Part shown: one piece after another, positions 59,513 to 64,000 of the stretch
How positions within the stretch are numbered: the stretch's first letter is position 1
How the letters are laid out: every line of letters starts with the position of its first letter
Assembly (NCBI GenBank): GCA_965219415.1
Contig: CBDCNP010000002.1
Span: forward strand, 1,120,001-1,184,000
Reading direction: 5' to 3'
Source of the DNA: Candidatus Marinacidobacterales bacterium
GTDB lineage: Bacteria > Acidobacteriota > Vicinamibacteria > Marinacidobacterales > DATDRI01
Length of the DNA: 64,000 bases
The notes under the pieces: generated by a model
What the model was told of the DNA's origin: nothing
The model's input: the letters and a program-made list of their open reading frames with translations, nothing else
Databases searched by the model: none
Made by a program: the position numbers and the translations under genes

Positions 59513-60718
59513 TCAACCGGCGTCCACGATTGCCCTGATTTTCTGGAGGTCTTTGTGGCAACTCGGGATGTCGCTACGATCGGCCGCCTGGCGAAGATCA
59601 CGAAGTTTCTCCAGCGCGCTCACCACGACTGGCAGCGGCGGACCGCTGGCGGTAATGCCCTCGAGATTCTGCTCGGGAAGCGTCTTCGCCGGTTGTTCGA
59701 TGAATTTCTTCACGAGCTGGTCATGGTGTTGTGCCGCAGCCGCACCGTGCGCATCGCAGACTCTGAGGAAAACGGCGGCGTTTTTCCTGAACCACGTGCT
59801 CGCGCCCGACACGTCCGCCTGCTCCAGCAGGCTGTCCAACAAACTTTGCTGCCGCATGGCATCTCGAAGCCGTTTCTGGTCTTCCGGCATAATGTACAAA
59901 AATTTATCAACCAGCAGCTGGGAATAGGAGGAATGGTCTGCTTGGCACAGGCCGAGCAACAAATCGATTTCATTGATGCCCGCGAAATCTCCGGCATTGG
60001 CGCCACGGTATTCGTGGAGACCCACGCGGTACGGTTTGTAGTACGGTCGTACGCAATAGAAGAACCGATCGGTGTCGAGATTCTGATGCAGCTCTTCATT
60101 GGAGCGCGCGACATCGTGAAGCGCCTGCTCCGCGGTAAGTAGCAGTTCATGCGCGAGGGGGTGCGAGATGCCCATGGGCGGGATCCGCACCAACGCATCC
60201 GCCGCACGTTTGTAAGCTAAAACACCTCTTCCGTTGTATTCGAGAAACAGATACTCCGACTCCAAACTAGTGAAGCTCTTGTAAACGCCATCAATGGCCC
60301 GATTATGCGTGACCAGATGGCTGGTAGCGAACCTCGGCGCAACCCCGAGCGATGCACCCAGCTGAAGTGCGAGCGCCGAGGCCTCGATGAGCGGCGAGGA
60401 TCTCTCGCGAGACGGTTCGGTGATCTCATGACGACGACAGCCACCCATGTAGATACCCACGTTGCCGAGGAGATCGAAACCCCGCTCGAAGCCTTCGTCG
60501 GTGTTGCCCTCGTTTAGCAACCGGACGATGAAATTTCGGCCCTCGGCAACCAGCTCTTCCTTGAGGGCATTGCCAATTCCGTCCACCGATGCGCGGTTCG
60601 ACTGCGCAAAATACAGCTCTTCGAGCTCGGTATTGAGCTCGACGAATCGGGTCCGAATCCATTCATCGAATGCACGGACATTTTCTGTCAGTGGCCTGCG
60701 CTTGTAGCTGTCGGACAT
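59513..60718 (-). CDS. PrnB/DUF1864-like protein (IDO/TDO heme superfamily)
   Basis: FDEWIR..F, FFYCVRPYYKPY, YRGANAGD, HH, TASGPPL. Confidence 0.8.
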   Translation of the reverse strand: MSDSYKRRPLTENVRAFDEWIRTRFVELNTELEELYFAQSNRASVDGIGNALKEELVAEGRNFIVRLLNEGNTDEGFERGFDLLGNVGIYMGGCRRHEITEPSRERSSPLIEASALALQLGASLGVAPRFATSHLVTHNRAIDGVYKSFTSLESEYLFLEYNGRGVLAYKRAADALVRIPPMGISHPLAHELLLTAEQALHDVARSNEELHQNLDTDRFFYCVRPYYKPYRVGLHEYRGANAGDFAGINEIDLLLGLCQADHSSYSQLLVDKFLYIMPEDQKRLRDAMRQQSLLDSLLEQADVSGASTWFRKNAAVFLRVCDAHGAAAAQHHDQLVKKFIEQPAKTLPEQNLEGITASGPPLPVVVSALEKLRDLRQAADRSDIPSCHKDLQKIRAIVDAG

Positions 60719-60845
60719 GATTTCCTTACCTCGGCCGGCCCGGCAGAAACCAAGAGTTCAACATTCCCAACGATCCTATCCTAAATAGCCGCGATCCACA
60801 GACTCGGGACGCTTTGCGGTATCGGAAAAACGCCCATTCGAAGTC

Positions 60846-62165
60846 CTAGTCGAAGCGACGGCGATCGCGGACGATCCGGCTGAAACCGCCGCTCGAGCCG
60901 GTGAACCGTGGATTTACGATATTGTTGAAGATCGAGCCGAACGTATAACTAACGCCCAAGCCAAGAAAGTAGCGGAAGTCGGTCTCCAAGGCGCGCCTCT
61001 GCAACAGGATCTCTTCGTCGGTCGTTCCCCCCTTGGGCAAGAAGATCTGGTCTCGCACCAAGGCAAGATCGCCAAAAATGTCCAGCGAGAGACCCCTTAC
61101 GATCCGCCATTCGATATTGCCGCGGAAAGTGACGCGATACTTACTCGCATCGTTGAGGAAGTGAGATGCCTCGACATCAAAACCGGCCTGCCCCCAGGGT
61201 TGGTTCAGATCTAGCGAGGCCATCACTCCTTGGTCGGCGAGGGTCTCTTCGGTCTTTTCGAAGATCGTCTCTTCCTCGTAGTTGAGAAAGTTCACACCGG
61301 CAAAATAAGTAAAGGTCATCAGCCGCTGGGAGGACTCTGAAAACGGAAAGATGTCGTATTGGATCGCACCTGAGTAGCGGGTGGATGGATCGAGGTTGGA
61401 AAAGGTCGACGCCGCCAGCGCGAAACCGGCCCCCAAACCCCAGCGCTCGCCTAGACTCTTTACCACCTGGCCGCCAAGGCCGATCTCACGGGTCCTATTG
61501 TTGAAGGTCTCGCCGTCGTCGAACTCAAAGTTGTCCTCTTCGAATTCTCCGTCGAGCCCGATGGCGATCTTCCACGCGTCGGTAACCCGGTTGGCTGTCA
61601 CCGAGCCTTCGACCGATGTGAAATCCTGGCGCGACTCGCCGCTGAGACGGGCGTTCGTTCCCAGGCGGAAGACCCAAAAATTCCAGCGGTCGTCTCCGGG
61701 TCCCGCCATGGGCTGCTCACCGTCAGCAGGCGGCGTGAACTCCAGCTCGATAAGCTCCGCGAGGGGTGTCTGTGCGACGTACCGCATCAGACCCAGGGCG
61801 AAAATCTTGGCAAAGCCCTGCCGCCGCTCGTCGTCGGTATCGGTGCCTGACGAGGCGAAGAGGAGGACGTGGTCGTCGCCCTCGAACTCTTCGACGCCGA
61901 TAAAGTCGAGCGTAAACTCGCGTCCCCGACTTCCCGTCCGCCGGAGCGTCACCAGCACGTGGACTTGGGCGTCACGTCGATCTCGCACGTAGTTGACGAA
62001 GTCCACTTCCCGGCGCAGGTAGTCGAAATCGCAACCTCGATCGCAGTCCAGGAAGACCCTGAGCGCGAGCTCGTGTTGCCGCGCGCTACCCAACGCCGTT
62101 TCCTGGGCAAGGGCCGGAGAGCGCCCGCACAGGACGACCAGGATCCACAGTAGGCTGCGCTTCAT
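60846..62165 (-). CDS. Putative outer-membrane beta-barrel protein
   Basis: Signal peptide; VFLDCDRGCDFDY..VNYVRDR; alternating beta strands; SYTFGSIFNNIVNPRF. Confidence 0.75.
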   Translation of the reverse strand: MKRSLLWILVVLCGRSPALAQETALGSARQHELALRVFLDCDRGCDFDYLRREVDFVNYVRDRRDAQVHVLVTLRRTGSRGREFTLDFIGVEEFEGDDHVLLFASSGTDTDDERRQGFAKIFALGLMRYVAQTPLAELIELEFTPPADGEQPMAGPGDDRWNFWVFRLGTNARLSGESRQDFTSVEGSVTANRVTDAWKIAIGLDGEFEEDNFEFDDGETFNNRTREIGLGGQVVKSLGERWGLGAGFALAASTFSNLDPSTRYSGAIQYDIFPFSESSQRLMTFTYFAGVNFLNYEEETIFEKTEETLADQGVMASLDLNQPWGQAGFDVEASHFLNDASKYRVTFRGNIEWRIVRGLSLDIFGDLALVRDQIFLPKGGTTDEEILLQRRALETDFRYFLGLGVSYTFGSIFNNIVNPRFTGSSGGFSRIVRDRRRFD

Positions 62166-62273
62166 GCTATGGAAAGGCAGGGAGAATCCGTTTGAGGGGC
62201 GCGCTGACTGCTCAGTGTGCGAGGGAGAGCAGCCGCACCGCCTTTGGCCCGTGCACCCGGGGCACGATTCCCT

Positions 62274-63659
62274 TCAACGAATGATGTGCCATTGATCACC
62301 TGGCTGCGCGCGGTCCAAGTATTTCAAACCCTCCTCGGTGAACACCGCGATCTGTCCGATGCCGATCTCCACACCGTTCTCACCCCAGCCCGGTACGGCC
62401 ACGCGGGTGTGCGGCTCGAACGCATAGAGCGTGTTGTACTGCAGCGTGTGCTCGTTGCTCACGACCTTGTGCCGCTTGTAGCCGCGGCCCGAAGTCAGCC
62501 CGGCGACCCAAGTGCCACGGGAAAACATCAGGCCATTAACCGTGAAGCGGCGCAGGTACATGGGCGGTGGATGAAAGCCCAGGCCAGATCGAATAACGCC
62601 ATCTTCCAAGGGAATCTGGTCGGCCGCTTCTTCGATGTCGATCCCGGTGCGCCCGTATTGAAACTGTTCGGCGAACCGGTCCTGCATTCTGTTTATCTTG
62701 CGCAATGCTTCCTTGAGCGGCTCGGGGACGTCGGTCTCCCCATGTTCCAGCACGTACGCGTGCTGGTGCGAGTCGGTCACCAGGCCGAGGAGCATGATGT
62801 CGGAGTCGAGGCTGATGATGTCGCCCCGTCGGATGGTCGGGTTCATGCCATTGTCGGAGCGGCCGTAGCGGAAGAAATCCGGCGAGTCCTCATTGGCGTA
62901 CTTGTCGATGTTGGCCGGCTTCCTCTGAATTCCGACGGTCGGGTGATTCTCCTTCTCGATGTCGAGATCCAACATCTTCTGTCGGAACCACCAGTTGAGG
63001 TCCTCGACCGTCGTGACGTCCGGAACGATGGTCCGGTTGGAAAAACCCTCGGCGATGATGTCGTTGGCGACTCCCTGCACATAGCGGTAGACGCTGATCT
63101 GCACGGGCCCCGTGGTCTCTAACCATCGGACGCCCAGAGTCCAGGAACCAACTGTACGGGACTCGTACTCGCCAAGTGCTTGCTGCATCGCGTCGCTGTT
63201 GGTTCGGCTGATGGCGATCTTCTTTGGATCACGCGCCCGCACGAGCTCGGCGATGTGCTGGTAGTCGCGCGGCTGTATATATTCGATCTCGTCGCCGGTA
63301 TCGTAAAAGAGCAGAAACTCCGGAATTGCGGGACCTTCCTCGTACTGGCTCGGCAGAACCATGCCTTCGTGGTTGGCCGGCAGCAGTGACGTATAAAAGG
63401 GCCCTTCCTTGTAGGAAGTCTGCCGGTACTCTGGTTGCTCGTCGTTGCGAACGATCCACATGTCGACACCCTGCTCGCGGAGAATCATCGGCAGGACGTT
63501 CTCCTTCTTCCAATCCCAGAAGCCCTGCATGATCTGGACGCGCTCCCGCATGGGAATCACGTTCTGCGCGTTTTGGCCGTCGGTGAGCTGTACTGCCGAA
63601 ACGCCGGTGGCGGCGAGCAACAAGACTGAAGCAAATGCGGTCAGTCGATTTTTTGTCAT
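62274..63659 (-). CDS. Secreted M24-like paralog 8
   Basis: Signal peptide; PDVTTVEDLNWW, SLD..VTD, GFHP, AFEP; last Glu position reads GIGQ. ATGA-coupled to the upstream gene. Confidence 0.85.
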   Translation of the reverse strand: MTKNRLTAFASVLLLAATGVSAVQLTDGQNAQNVIPMRERVQIMQGFWDWKKENVLPMILREQGVDMWIVRNDEQPEYRQTSYKEGPFYTSLLPANHEGMVLPSQYEEGPAIPEFLLFYDTGDEIEYIQPRDYQHIAELVRARDPKKIAISRTNSDAMQQALGEYESRTVGSWTLGVRWLETTGPVQISVYRYVQGVANDIIAEGFSNRTIVPDVTTVEDLNWWFRQKMLDLDIEKENHPTVGIQRKPANIDKYANEDSPDFFRYGRSDNGMNPTIRRGDIISLDSDIMLLGLVTDSHQHAYVLEHGETDVPEPLKEALRKINRMQDRFAEQFQYGRTGIDIEEAADQIPLEDGVIRSGLGFHPPPMYLRRFTVNGLMFSRGTWVAGLTSGRGYKRHKVVSNEHTLQYNTLYAFEPHTRVAVPGWGENGVEIGIGQIAVFTEEGLKYLDRAQPGDQWHIIR

Positions 63660-64000
63660 TCTTTCCACCCCATCTCGTTGAAGAACTCCTCCCGGGTTGG
63701 GAACAGGAACGAGAGGATTTCGTATAACTCTGGATCCAGTTTCGCGAGGTTCTCGGGCGTCAGCGCGACACCGTTGTAAGAATGCCGCTGGTGAGCGCCG
63801 TAGAAGATGTCGAGGCCCCAGGCCAGATACTCATCGCTGAACGAATCGGCAGGTAGTCCGTCGTGTGGACGGTAGAATCCCCTGTCGATGGCGGCCTGGG
63901 TCGCCTTCTCCAACCGCTCCTGGACCTCCGGATAGGTTTTCATGATGCCACCACGATGGATCAGGTGCGTGATCTCCTCCACCGAGGCATCACGCCGAAC
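63656..64000 (-). CDS. Zincin-like protein with EEITHLIH motif (5' end outside the window)
   Basis: DASVEEITHLIH...DEYLAWG...DPELY; parallels 12031..13233 and 18871..20088. Confidence 0.75.
   Translation of the reverse strand, partial: VRRDASVEEITHLIHRGGIMKTYPEVQERLEKATQAAIDRGFYRPHDGLPADSFSDEYLAWGLDIFYGAHQRHSYNGVALTPENLAKLDPELYEILSFLFPTREEFFNEMGWKE

Noticed and set aside
3230-60850. CTAG at many gene junctions suggesting cassette insertion sites or an integron-like array
   Set aside because: CTAG is also frequent inside coding regions and follows naturally from TAG stops; no attC-like repeats or integrase were seen.

Overview
GC-rich bacterial DNA. The abundance of signal-peptide hydrolases (PD40-amidohydrolase, VPS10/BNR, DUF885, secreted M24-like) suggests an Acidobacteriota- or Gemmatimonadota-like diderm, which is inference only. 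The window is a nitrogen-scavenging region. It starts with a partial citramalate synthase gene (cimA) behind an apparently complete Ile-sensing attenuator that the ORF track misses: a sigma70 promoter, a leaderless 37-aa leader and antiterminator/terminator hairpins. It holds eight divergent secreted M24 (pita-bread) paralogs and four zincin-like proteins with an EExxHxxH motif, and the two families are directly adjacent at three separate loci. It also holds a complete N-methylglutamate (methylamine) cluster (gmaS, mgsABC, four sarcosine-oxidase-like mgd genes in D-A-G-B order), extended by a standalone B3/4 tRNA-editing domain gene, with a divergent tandem Lrp regulator and a damaged Amt. Other genes include SSS and TRAP transporters, a ureohydrolase, a Ser/Cys proline-racemase homolog, an amidase, duplicate AKRs, an orphan PrnB-like heme enzyme and a GMC oxidoreductase. 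An IS256 sits at a deletion junction, a truncated FTCD pseudogene is fused head-to-head to a TetR gene, and BoxC-like repeats and several frameshifted genes are present. No rRNA, tRNA or CRISPR array was seen. All family calls come from reading motifs; no database searches were run.
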